This document shows positions 52,201-64,000 of a stretch of DNA of 64,000 bases, one piece after another; positions within the stretch are counted from its first letter, which is position 1; each line of letters opens with the position of its first letter. Where the stretch lies: NCBI GenBank assembly GCA_965637545.1, contig OZ281501.1, positions 310,001-374,000 on the forward strand. The letters run 5' to 3'. The notes under the pieces were generated by a model. It was not told the DNA's origin. It made no database searches and was given only the letters and a program-made list of their open reading frames with translations. A program made the translations under genes and the position numbers. Source of the stretch: Phallusia mammillata (taxonomy: Eukaryota).

Positions 52201-53108
52201 ATGAAACTCCACAAACAAGTGCTACTTCTCTGTTCACAGCCAACTGACGTTGATGACCTCAGTTTAAAATCAGCTGATCTCACAACTGGAAGGTCACGAG
52301 AGAGAGGACGAAGGTCACGCAGGTCAAGGTCATTAGGTCGCGATGATGCAAGTGAAGCAAGCACTCGTAGAAATGACTCCAGTCCAGAAGCTGAAGGTCG
52401 TCGCCGAAGGAGGTCAAGGTCACAAAACAGAAACCCATGGCAGGGTGGGTATTGGACATACGTGCCACCGACCCCACTTGTGACCCCTGTTTGGGGGGCG
52501 CCCCCACCTGGACGTACATACACACGAGCTCAATCCCCCGTCCATGTTGCCCCGATGTACGCACCCCCACAAGTTGTACATACAGCCCCAGTGATCGGAC
52601 CCCCAACCCCCAGTATGGTTTACGTTGAGCCTCCAGCCCCGGTCGTGGGTCGGATGTACAGCACCCCTCGACAGGGAAGGATCTACACGACCCCCAGCAA
52701 ACCGAGAGCTTCAGTTTATATTTCACCAAAACACGACACTGGAGGGAGCATGAGAAAGGCGAGCGTCTACATTGTGGAGAGTGACGGGGATGAACCGCTG
52801 AGAAGGTACAAAATATTTCATGCAACTGTTGCTGCGTGGGTTTTTAACCTGGCGACTTGGATACAATTATTTAAATTTGGTGATAACCAACAAGTTATAT
52901 TTTCAGGAGTCATTTACGAAGATCATCATCAATGTCAAGACTTCACACGAAACCATCATCGCTTGTTGTTCTGCCTGACTCACGCTTAAATGATTCCATC
53001 GAGCGGGCAGAGCGATCGGCCGAACAACTCCGATCGCACTCCAGACAAATGTACCGAACTGTGCGAGATGATTTGTACCGAACACAACTTCTCGCAGAAA
53101 CCATGTAG
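40246..53108 (+). CDS. AKNA: AKNA/AKNAD1-family centrosomal protein, multi-exon
   Basis: AKNA-domain NYDSLLMKFAQAENTIDHLRVGAK (~45760-45833). C-terminal SIERAERSAEQLRSHSRQMYRTVRDDL resembles the recalled AKNA C-terminus. Low-complexity S/R/P exons lie between. Start at 40246 is inferred from splice phase. Confidence 0.82.
40711..40786 (+). repeat. Minimal hammerhead-like repeat family A, copy 2 (AKNA intron, sense)
   Basis: ttatttacc-CTGATAA-a-ggcgacctgtataggacgtc-GAAA-tgt-C-ggaataaa. Confidence 0.8.
42101..42254. mobile_element. pogo/Tigger-like MITE in AKNA intron
   Basis: Right end ggattaactggagtttactg+TA; degenerate left end TA+cattaaacatcagttaacccggac; TA flanks. Confidence 0.65.
42477..42658. 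mobile_element. Second copy of the hAT MITE at 1018-1196
   Basis: Collinear high-identity copy; degenerate TSD ttttaatc/gttaaatc. Confidence 0.9.
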
Positions 53109-54683
53109 AGCAGATACCAATGTTGATGGAACAATTGTGGGAGTAGAAGTCTGGTTCACCAAGCACTCATGCAAGAAGAGTTAAATGCACAATACCCTTT
53201 AATGTACTGTCTGACAACATGTCCAATAACAAGAAAACTTAGTCATTTTTTTATTCCAGGGCAATCTTTGTTATTGTAGTTACTGTATGGCACACACTTT
53301 CTTGATTGTCTGCTTTTAATGTTTTAACTGATCAATTTTTTAACTGAAACACAAAGTTACTGGTTGTTACACATTTCCAAACCACCAATCCATTTTCTAC
53401 TCTGTGTTTTATACGACGCACATAATCACACAAGTGCCATTAGCATTCCACACAATATTGTTATAAAGTGCCTGTAAATATTTTTTACACTCTGTGCCTC
53501 AACTTTATACAATTTTTTGCTTCTGTTACACAATTTTACGAATCACATCAGTTAGGAGTGATTTTAATTCTTAGCGCTGAAAATAATGTGATGTAACTTC
53601 AGATGTTTGGCACTGTCATAACACATGTAAATATTGTATTTAAGAAGTTTTATATTCAGAAAATTATTATGCCATGTTATTTTATCACATCCTCATAGAT
53701 TTGTACATAGGAACATTTTTACTTTCGAGCAACAACAAAATTGAAGTTGTTACTTGTAGCATGATGTATGCTAGAATCAATGACTGATCAAAAAATTTGT
53801 AAATATTCTTGTTCAAAACTGTTTTCTGCAATTTTGAAGCAAAATTCAGTTCAACTGTGATTGTGCAAATTCTTCTTCACTCACAATTTTTGCACTGTGT
53901 AAACTAACTTCAATTTATTGGATTAAGTTAATTCCGTCCGTTGTTGACAGAAATGTTGCTGAATTTTAGTAAATAAAGAAAGGTTATAAGATATACAAAT
54001 GTGTGCAGTTGTTTTACCAACCACATAAGCATGTAATGTTTGCATTGATTCTGCAATTCAGTTTGGGTGGTTTATTAAAGCTTGTGGCTTAACTGCAAGA
54101 AAATTTCACCACGAAACAATTTCACAGCCAACATTTTCTTCTCACAAATGCAAGTGTGAACAACATAAAGTAATTGAACCGAAACCAACAAATTCGTCGG
54201 TTTCATAAAAGATTTCTGTACAACACCAAAAAATCGGATGTATACTTGGTTTGATAGACACAACAATCCTGCATAAAAACGGGACAAACTTGAACAAAAC
54301 ACAGGGCACATCAACAAAACAACCACCATTCAACAAAGATAAGTGTTTTTCTACTGTTTTACCAAGTGATAACCTTAACAATAGTAACCAATTACTACTG
54401 AGGCCAGTCGTTTCAGTACCACAGTAATTTCTGTAAAAAATCATAAAACATGTTAAATTGGTTTTTGAAACAAACTTTGGGAACAATAAAAAAGTAGCAG
54501 AAGAAACAATTTTTTCCCAAAGTGTGTTTTCACCCTGTAGGGAACATCACATTTATCACAACTGTCGGTCAGCAGTTCACTATGTAGTTGGTTGATTGGA
54601 AACAAAGGGCTCTTGGTTGTTCATTGCATCTGTACTACACAGTTATATTGCCACATATAAGTCACATGTTGCCACCAACACCA

Positions 54684-57195
54684 CTAGTGGAGCCAATATA
54701 TGAGTATAAGAATGATACAGAAAGCAACGACCGCTGCAATAATGAGGGAATCTCTTCGTTTGCGCAACTTAATCTTCTGGACAAGATTGTTAATTGCAGG
54801 AAAGCGGTCTGGTGAAAAAAAATATGTTAAGAAAAATATCTTGTTCGTTGAATACATAAAGGCAGTGTTTCATACCGGAACGGAACGAAACCAAATAACG
54901 TTATTCGTTCTGAGCAAATTTTTTATTTCGTTATTTCGTTCTGGACCGATATTTTCATTTCGTTCCGGTCCGACCGAAATAAATTTATAACGGTATTTTT
55001 CGGTATTTCGGTCTTAACAAACGAACATTTCTTTGTGGTCTTTGCAACTAATAACGAAAAAAGAAAGAAAGTTGCAACACACAAGAATTATTGTCGGTAG
55101 TTGTTACGTCACATAACTTTTGACAATGATGGTCAAACGGATGTAAATTTTAGGAGCTTCAATTTTTATCATATCTTAACGGCGCGAAATTTTCAGCAAT
55201 TGTTTCATGTCAAATGTCCAGAACGAAATACCGGAATAAAATATAACGGTATTTCGTTCCGTTCCGGTATTTTGAATATTTTTTATTTCGGTATTTCGTT
55301 CCGGTATTTGAGCCAAAAATTATTTATTTCGTTCCGGTATAACGTTCCGTTCCGTTCCGGTATGAAACACTGCATAAAGGAACATGACTTAAGTGAATAA
55401 TATTTTAACAAATTTCATAATTTGTCTCTGTGGGCTAACAAACAAACACAGATTCTAACAATAAGCATTTTATTTTGAGATGCAGAAAAAGAGTTTTATT
55501 AAAGGATACTGGCTAAGTTGTTCATTCTCGTCGTAATTCCTTTGAACAAGGCTCTCTGTTGACCCAAATTGTCCCGGGTTGCCATAGCAATGCTAAAAAT
55601 AGTAGAAGTTTGGAAATTAGTAAATTACTCCCACACATAAATTGAGTCATATTTCATTTACTCACTCTATTGCCTCATCAGCCAGTCGGTCGGAACTGAA
55701 ACAAAAGTTCTCAAGTGTAAGGAAATTAATTAGATCAATATTACAACTTTAAAGTCAATTCTCACTTTCTCAAATGCTCATGCTCCTTCATATAAAGATC
55801 AGTTCGTCTGTTGTTGACTCCACTTGAGTTTTTGTAAGCACTGTATCACAAGTTGGGTTGTAAAAAACAATGTTCGTACAAATACTTGTGCATACATCCA
55901 GAACATTTTAAAACATTAATGCGCGATGAAAAAAACTCAAGGCAGCATGAACTGTTACAAAACTGTAATTTTCAGATAATACTGTATCTGTTGAAAATAT
56001 AAATGTTGATGTTTGTACCAACTACTTTGGTACATTGGTGTTTCGATTAATGTGCGAGGGAAAACACAATGTAACGCTAGTAATTGAAAGTTTATGCAAA
56101 CTGACTCGATGTCCCTGCGTACAGATCCCAGCAAATCTTCACGTTCCCGATTTGAATGAATGTTTGAACGAGTCTTACGAAATTCATGGTTGTAATCCTG
56201 AACAGAAAAAGTATCGTAAATCATCAGAATCAGAGTGAAAACATTTTGTTGTTACTTGTAGAATATCTCTGTGTCTTTGTACTGTATGCATCATAGCTGG
56301 GTTGGACGAACTTATTGATTCAAGATGTTCTGACATTCGATCATTCATTCCAGTCAACTAAAAAGCAATGAAGAGTTTAACAACCACAAAATTTGTTGTT
56401 TGCTCATTATAGCAACGAACAAAATATGCAGGATACAACCCGTCCAGTATGTGTGATAATAACATAGCTTCAATCAATGTAACACATTTACTGTCAACCT
56501 TGCATTTGAGGTACATGTGTATCTTTCACAAAAAAACAATGTTGCCAACTATGGGATTTTTTTCTCATTTTCTATTTGGCAAAATGTTGTCAAATATGCG
56601 ACCCACTTCTTTTTTTTGAACTACAAGTGTTTGTGCAAAGGCAGTATGTGCTAAACCAACAGTTTTGTTCTAATCATTTTGATCCTAATTTTTTTTTAAT
56701 CGACGCAAGTTTACTTTTGCGAGAAGTTGTTCAATCTCCATCGCCATGGTTTCAATCATGTGATCACTTGATGAGCTGTTTAGCAGAGGAGCGGTGTCCG
56801 AAGTGTTGTGGCTTATACTCGTGCCAAGTTTACTGAATGAAACTAATTTCAAGTCCAACTCATTTTCCAGCCTCCTCGCTTGTCTCCGCAAATCTACAAT
56901 GCAACATTGGTGTTTCAAGTAATATTTGTTTTGTAGAAATATGAGAAGTTACAATGAAAAAAAGACACACAATGGTATGAGAAAAAACAAATTTAAATGC
57001 AACAAGAGGTGTTGTTAACATGCTTCCAATGATAGGTTTAAGATGATTAGAATGAGAAAATCTCAGACCTCTGCCTCAAACCAACTGTTTTTTTGCTTAT
57101 AACAGTATTATCAGCTCATGGAGTGATGTGGTTAATTAAAATATTTTTTACATTGATTCCAATCTACCACTTTTACCTTCCCATTGATTTGCCAT
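54684..57195 (-). CDS. GOSR1: Golgi SNAP receptor complex member 1
   Basis: MANQWED/LRRQARRLENELDLKLVSFSKLG; DYNHEFRKTRSNI...REREDLLGSVRRDIE; last exon RFPAINNLVQKIKLRKRRDSLIIAAVVAFCIILILIYWLH* (tail anchor). Confidence 0.96.
54863..55372. mobile_element. hAT-type MITE, 510 bp, in last GOSR1 intron
   Basis: TIR CAGTGTTTCATACCGGAACGGAACG...CGTTCCGTTCCGGTATGAAACACTG; perfect 8-bp TSD CATAAAGG; many internal cggtatt/cgttccgg subterminal repeats. Confidence 0.94.
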
Positions 57196-57827
57196 CGTCC
57201 CAGGGGCAGGATTGAATGAAATCTTCTGTAAAGCCTGATTTAAATCAGATCTTTTATTTCTGCTCTGATCTGCCAGTGTGATTCAAAAATCCAATCACAT
57301 GTGAATGCAACAGAACAACGAGCTATAGCGGAAAACCCTAAAATCAGTCAGTTACAATCAATTCTACAAAACAAACAACTAATGACGTAAAGACTAAATG
57401 AAAACAAACCAACTTCACGAAAACGTCATCACTGCGATTTCTATTTACTACCTTCCAATCATCCGAAAAAGAAAGTCCAATGAGTAAAGATAAAATCTTT
57501 AAAAACAGTGCCGTATTTTTAGCGTATGTGTCGTGGATATTGTAAAACAATAGAAATCTGTTTTTGTTTTCTTTTTTGCTTTAAATTGTTTGTTTTTGTT
57601 GTAAAAAAACAATATAATCTCTTGTTTTGGTGACTTATTATATTTTATGCAGTGTTACAGAGCAATGTTGTTTAAAATTTTACTGGTGTGCGGCGTTTTG
57701 AAAATGCTGCAAAAAATGTACACGTATCGTATACACGTACAAAAATATGGAGATGGTTTTGATAGGCTGGTTTATAACTTATACTTGTAACATTTTACAG
57801 GTGGTGTTTAATAAGGTGAACTCAATA

Positions 57828-60800
57828 ATGTTAAGAAGGAAAACCAAGACACTGATAAAGACGTTTATTTTGTTTATTTGTTTATCTGCCGCATGTTATT
57901 ACTACTTTTTCAACAATGAGGGCAAAGTAAAGAGCAGAGATAGTCGAAGAAACTTAGAATACGATTATCACGCAAAACCCGATGATGGACCGGTGAAAGA
58001 TTTTCAGGTTGGTTTGATGTCATGTTTAATTTGCAGCAAAATAACTTAAAAGTGAAAACGTTTTTTCGGCTGGTTTAATATCCAGTTTACTATTATGTCT
58101 TTTCAAACGGTTCTACAGCATAGTTACAAGACACTATCAAAGCAAAAATGGTCACAGTTGCATGCGTTTATCCCAACTGAGAGATAGTAAAGTTAAAATG
58201 CGTCAAATAACAAAACACAATTCATTTTTTAATTGCAGGTAATTCATGGCAAGGACAAAAGCAAATGGCCGAAAGGAAAACAGTCTCTTCCATTTGACTG
58301 GGAACGAAGGGTAAACAATTTTCTTGCATGGAAAATCACAGCAATGAAAATATTCATTAAATTTATTAAATTTTTAGGTTCCAAGTGATTTTGAATACCC
58401 TTGGCTTGATCACAATGCCCTCGGAAATTATGAGGCAAATGCATCACTTCCCAAGTATGAATATTAACTATCACAATAAATCATGTTGCTTTGAATTGGT
58501 GTTTTCTATCTGCATTATGTTAGACGAGCTGGAGCTGGAGAGTACGGTGTTGAAGTCGTTCTCGACAAAAGTTTGGACTCAGCTGTGAAATCTTCCATCA
58601 ATGAGTTTGGTTTCAACATGGTTGCAAGTGACCGAATATCACTCGATCGAGCTCCGAAGGATTTACGTCATCAAGAGTAAGAAATGCCTGAATATTATTT
58701 TTATCACATAGGTGATAACTCTTAATGTGCTGACTAAACTGCTTTTAACTATTGCTGCTATTTCACCATAAGTATTAAATCTTTTGCATTGTTTTGTAAA
58801 ACTGTAATTTACCATTATGTCAATGTCTTGTATGAACTCTTTGAAAATGGTAATGAGGTGGTTTTAACTGATCTAATGAAACAAATTAAACTTGATTCTA
58901 AACTTTAGATGTAAACACTGGAACTATCCCCCACACCTTCCATCTGTCAGTGTGATTGTTGTTTTCCACAACGAGGGCTGGTCTCCGCTGGTTAGAACCG
59001 TTCATAATGTCATTAATAACACGCCAAAGGAATATTTGCATGAGATTGTAATGATTGATGATGGAAGTCATAAAGGTGAAAGCATTGATAAAATTCTGAC
59101 AACATCTTGGAAATTTTTGTTTTGAAAAATTAAAGCAATGTTTAATTATTTTATAGATCATCTTGGTTCCAAGTTGGAAGATTATTTAAAGAGGTTCAAT
59201 GGAATTGTGAAGTTATTTAGAAACTCCAGAAGAGAGGGTTTGATCAGAGCTCGAAGTATTGGGGCCAAAAAATCATCCGGACAAGTAATACCTTTAACAC
59301 ATTTAAGCTGCTGCACTGATGAGACCTCATAACCTGAAATAGTGTGTACTGTCTGCAGCTTAACATATATGCTGGGTTCATAAAACATCCAATTATCTAC
59401 TGTGACATTTTCTCCCTAATCATATTCATTCTGCTTATATGTTATAAGCAGTGAAACAAAACCCAGAACTGTTAGCCTGCCCTAATGAGACCATATTTAC
59501 ATTAAGTTGCCATGGATTAACACCACTTAATGCATGCTTGTCATTTAGATCCTGGTATATTTGGATGCACATTGTGAAGCCGAACCAAATTGGCTCCCAG
59601 CCTTGATAACTCCGATTGTGAACGACCACCGAGCGTGCACTGTTCCACTTATTGATGTCATCGATGGAAACAAGTATGTGACTCATACCTTACATTGTAA
59701 ACATATCTGCTGGCATAAACATGTAAACTGATAATGAAGGGTGATGAAGTTTCATTAAAAATGTCACAATCATCCATAAAATGTCTGATCTCCCTAGTCA
59801 ATATATGTTGTGTTTTGTGCAATTTAACCACTTGGTAGTTTTGTTAGTGATTTGCTATGTATGTCAGGAAATATTTTGAACTAAGACCCGCATTGGTGGC
59901 AGTATTTTTTGAGTTGGAACATAAACTCAGTCATTGTGATGTTTTTTTTTTGAAACCTGCTGCAGCTTGTTGAGCACAATTGTAGGTTGATATATTTTTG
60001 TACCAGATACACTTTCACTGAACAAGCTGGTGGTGATTCAGATGGTTTGGCTCGTGGAGCTTGGGATTGGAGTTTCTCGTGGAAGAGAATTCCGCTTACC
60101 AAAAAGGAAAAAGCTCGTCGTAAACATCTTACTGAACCATACAGGTAAACTGAAAGTTTAATTTGCCAACCTGTTTTACATAGAAAATATCACAAACATT
60201 CAGTCCAAAGTAAAAATATAATTTAAAAAAGGCAAAAATGATTTAAATAAGGTTGGCAATAGTTTGGGAAACCCATCTGCAACCAAGGATTATTTTGTTT
60301 TCATCTATTATACTTATACCTTCCGTTCATTAGGTCACCTGCAATGGCTGGTGGATTATTTGCTATAGATCGCGATTTCTTCTTTGAAATTGGGCTTTAC
60401 GACGACGGTTTAGAAATCTGGGGCGGAGAAAACTTTGAACTCTCGTACAAGGTTTGTGTGTTGCATGTGAGTTGATATTGTGGTGTTATAACCAGTATTT
60501 GTTGTCAGGTTTGGATGTGCGGGGGTCAACTGCTGTTCGTGCCCTGTAGTCGTGTCGGCCATGTTTACAGGCTGCCTGGTTGGCGTGGTAACCCTCCACC
60601 TTCCTATGTTCCACACAATGCGGTTTTCAGGGTGAGTAGAAATATATCATAAGTTACACAAAGTGAGCTGAGATACAATTTCAAATGTATATGGTTCGGT
60701 TTGTTTCAATTGTCACTGTTGTCTTATCTTGGGTATTGCCTAACTACACCATTATGTCTTTGTAAAGGCCTATTTTGGATTAGTTTTAGATTTTCCAGGG

Positions 60801-62906
60801 TGAGTATAAATGTAATGGTGACAAAGTGAACTAGTCATACCAAAAGTGTACAGTTTGATCGTGTTCACATCTATCAACAATTCAAAATTGTCAGACTTGT
60901 ATAAACCCTTATTGCAAACTCCTCATGTCCTTGGCCTACTTTGGACTAGTATTACATTTCAAATGAATTTTGACATCCAACTCACATGTGTGAACTAATT
61001 TTCCAACATATACCTCACCACAAAGCCCCCAATGAAAGCCGAGTTTTTGTGTCGGCGCTAAATAAACTTTGTTGACGTATTATGTTTGGAGCACATCCTG
61101 TTTTAGACACTTGAGATCACGGTTTGATAACTGGGCAGCTTTCAAGGTTCTGTGGCTGATCTGTGTCCAATGCTTAAATTTCCAAACAATGACACAAATA
61201 TGTAAAACCTGTTTTAAAGTGTTTTATTTATCTTTTGTTTCAGAATTACAAGCGAGTCATTGATACTTGGTGGGACGAATACGCCCAGTATTTCTACAAG
61301 TGAGTTAAACCTGGCAAATATATGCACTGCGGGTCACTTCTACAGCTTAAGTATTTTTTTACTATTAAATGTTTTTGTTTGTAGGCGTCGACCAGAAGTA
61401 AAAAATATTGACCCCGGAGATTTAACATCACAGAGAGCTATTCGTGACAAACTTCAGTGTAGATCGTTTAATTGGTTCATGAAGGAAATTGCATACGACA
61501 TTCCAATGTAAGTTGGGTTGAAATTGTTCTCAGCATTTGATGCAAACATGACATGTATTGGAGTTGAAAAAGGCATTGCTGAATTTACTGTTGTTTTACT
61601 TAACTGAATTGTTTTTACCTCAGACATTACCCCCCTGTGGAGCCCCCGAGTGGAGCATCAGGTCAGATTAAAAATGTCGGCACTGATAAATGTTTGGATG
61701 GTAAAAATGGTGGTTCAGGTTCGCCGGTTTATCTCAGTGATTGTAACCAGAGGGGCTCGGAATTAGTAAGTTACAAATTTGTTTCCTGTTATCCTCGTAG
61801 TTTCTGTTCAAGTGGATGAAATCCAAAATTGGAAATAATTTCATACAAATGTATTGGCTTGTCTGTTTCTTGCCAGAATCTTTAAACAGTTAATTGTGTA
61901 TGTAAAAATAATACTTTAGCAATAAAACATTATTTATTTGGACCAAATTTCCAATATAAAAGTTGCTAAAGATTGTACCACTGCTCGAATCATGTTCTTT
62001 TTGTATTTTTAATTGAAATGTGTTTAGAACTGGTGGCTGACGTGGCATGAAGACATCCGACCTGGAGGGAATACACCTGATACTGCGAGGAAAGTTTGTC
62101 TTGATTGTGTTGGACGGGATAATGTTGTGTCTTTCTGGGAATGTCATCAAATGCAGGGAAACCAGTTGTGGAAATATGTGGTAAGTTGTGGTTATGATCC
62201 ATAGTTGCCTGGTTTGCAGTCCAGTGTAAAACTTCGTAACAAAATAGGTGAATTTGAAATAAAAACTCACTCTTTTACGTGACTCCAGTGGATACAAACA
62301 GGTGTAACCGATGTAGCTCTTCATACCACTGATGATGGCATGAGCATTTGCCGAAACGTTTCAACAATAAAGCATGTCAATTTTTATGTCTATTTGGGCC
62401 GTTATTTTCATCATGAAACATATGAACATTTATTATTTGAGCAAAACTCAGTTGATGTTAAACTTTCTGTTGATGCAAATTATCAAAACATGGCGGATGT
62501 TGTCGCAAACTTCCTGTTTCCATGCCTACAAGAATAACAATTAACATGTCAAAAATGTCATTAAACTATAAACCACTTGTGGTAGAAATAAGTATTGCAA
62601 ACATTTGTATCTTTTACTAATGATGACAACAGCAAGTATTTGAATGTCTGCAAAGGGTGCTTTTATGAAAATTTGCCTTTTTAAAAACAATGTTTTGGTT
62701 TTAGTATGACCACAAGCAGCTTTATCATTCCGTGTCGGATTCGTGTTTGGAGGCGTCACCGAACGAAGGCAAAGTATTTTCACGGGTGTGTGACCACAAC
62801 AATAGAAATCAAATGTGGATTTGGACTGACACAAACATCACACAACTCGTGCAGTTCAACACTAATCTCAAGAAAGCCGCATTCCAGATTGATGTTTGAA
62901 ACATGA
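57828..62906 (+). CDS. GALNT7: Polypeptide N-acetylgalactosaminyltransferase, GALNT7 type, with ricin-B lectin domain
   Basis: TM anchor; [18 protein letters not shown]; YLDAHCE; GAWDW; [16 protein letters not shown]; [13 protein letters not shown]; [17 protein letters not shown] (GALNT7-like); CLD ricin repeats. Confidence 0.94.
59310..59359 (+). ncRNA. Near-complete type I hammerhead-like motif (family B) in GALNT7 intron, stem II broken
   Basis: GCTGCA-CTGATGA-gacctcataacct-GAAA-tagtgtgtactgt-C-TGCAGC: perfect 6-bp stem I, intact core, GUC site. Confidence 0.7.
62329..62360 (+). repeat. Hammerhead-core motif in GALNT7 intron; partial copy at ~40629-40657
   Basis: CTGATGA-t-GGCA-tgagcatt-TGCC-GAAA-cgtt. 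No convincing stem I. Confidence 0.6.
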
Positions 62907-64000
62907 AATGAACAAGAACACTGTGAACCAGAAGCAGTTGTTTGAACATGATGATCATGGACTTATGGTACACGACCAACTGCAGCACTTCCAACACGAT
63001 TTTCTGCACTAGTTACTGGCTAAATACTATTTTGTACAAGTTTATTTGTATTCAGCAAAGAAGAACTGAGTGTAGAAAGTCATGTTAATAAGCGACCCTA
63101 TAATGACGTGCAGTGTAATATAGATTAATACCAGTTAGGTCTTACTAAGTAGCTAGCGAATAGTTTAGTTAATATAACCTGATGATTATGTGTTAAATGC
63201 AGCAGTGTTTATCAAATAAACAATGACTTTCAACTGATATTGTGCATATTTATTCGAATTTACCTATCGTTGAGCATTTATAATCATTGAATTGCATAAA
63301 CATGGTTCCATGACTATGCATTGCTCCGCACAAAACTATCTTGTTATTTTCCACAAAACACTAAAACCTTATTTTGCATGAGAAATTTCCCGTCTAGATG
63401 CAATAAAAACTAATCACAAAATGTACTTTTTCATAGTATGATTTTCATTGTGCATAAAATCATTTATTGCTCTAAAATTTAATTCAACTCTCTGACTATA
63501 CTTTGCGTACTTAGATGGAAGATATATTGTTTATTTATTGTGTTGCTGTTTTCAATCCAGTTGTTGGTGACTCCTAACTAGATGAACCTCAATGAAAGTG
63601 TAAAAAGTCATAAAACCAAATACACAAGCCTGCAAAGGTACCAGAACTTTGGTGTTTTTTCGTGCACTTGTATTTAAGCTCATTCCCAAATTTTCCTGTT
63701 CCTTTATAATGTCTCACAAATCGTTTCTGAACTTATTTCTCAACTTTAATGAACCCAACTATTATTTTGCAGTTCCACTTTGTTTCAGCATCCCACTGTT
63801 ACAATTGCGTTTTTTCTTTTGTACATCAATTGTATTATTATTCAATATTTGCCGGTTTACGATCAATAAACACAGTTTGAAGTACTCAAGTGCATTTGAA
63901 TCACAGACAAGTACCACCTGATATTAATTGATAAAATCAATAAATCCCTTGTTAATAGATTAATATCAACAAGTTGTATCTCTTCACTGCACTTGTAAAG

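Noticed and set aside
54075-54815. Separate small genes suggested by ORFs 54075-54329, 54142-54486 and 54588-54815
   Set aside because: The region is the GOSR1 terminal exon (stop 54684) and its 3' UTR; the + strand ORF is its antisense.
1-64000. Operon (polycistronic) organisation, CRISPR arrays, rRNA genes
   Set aside because: Adjacent genes mostly alternate strand or are over 0.7 kb apart. No regularly spaced direct repeats or rRNA-like sequence were seen.

Overview
AT-rich eukaryotic window with many introns of about 50-100 nt and chordate-like proteins, most likely from an ascidian tunicate (inference). Eleven protein-coding genes can be traced by hand, in order: UBR3 (-, 5' part only), intronless CCDC186 (+), Golgi alpha-mannosidase II MAN2A (+), two tandem PLAC8/cornifelin-like genes (-), C11orf98 homolog (+), GT10 alpha-1,3-fucosyltransferase (+), CATSPERB (-), AKNA (+), GOSR1 (-) and GALNT7 (+). 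Introns and the 21-28.6 kb segment hold hAT-, Mutator- and pogo-type MITEs, a 5'-truncated LINE, tRNA-derived SINE relics and a probable hAT transposase relic. The least expected signals are: (1) about ten hammerhead-ribozyme-like relics from several repeat families, resembling Penelope-associated hammerheads; (2) strong, regionally confined enrichment of the palindrome TGACGTCA, mostly in coding exons; (3) a CatSper-beta that seems to lack a ~200-aa segment of the mammalian protein and uses two GC-AG introns. Homolog comparisons are from recalled sequences, not database searches. Coordinates were counted manually and may be off by a few bases.
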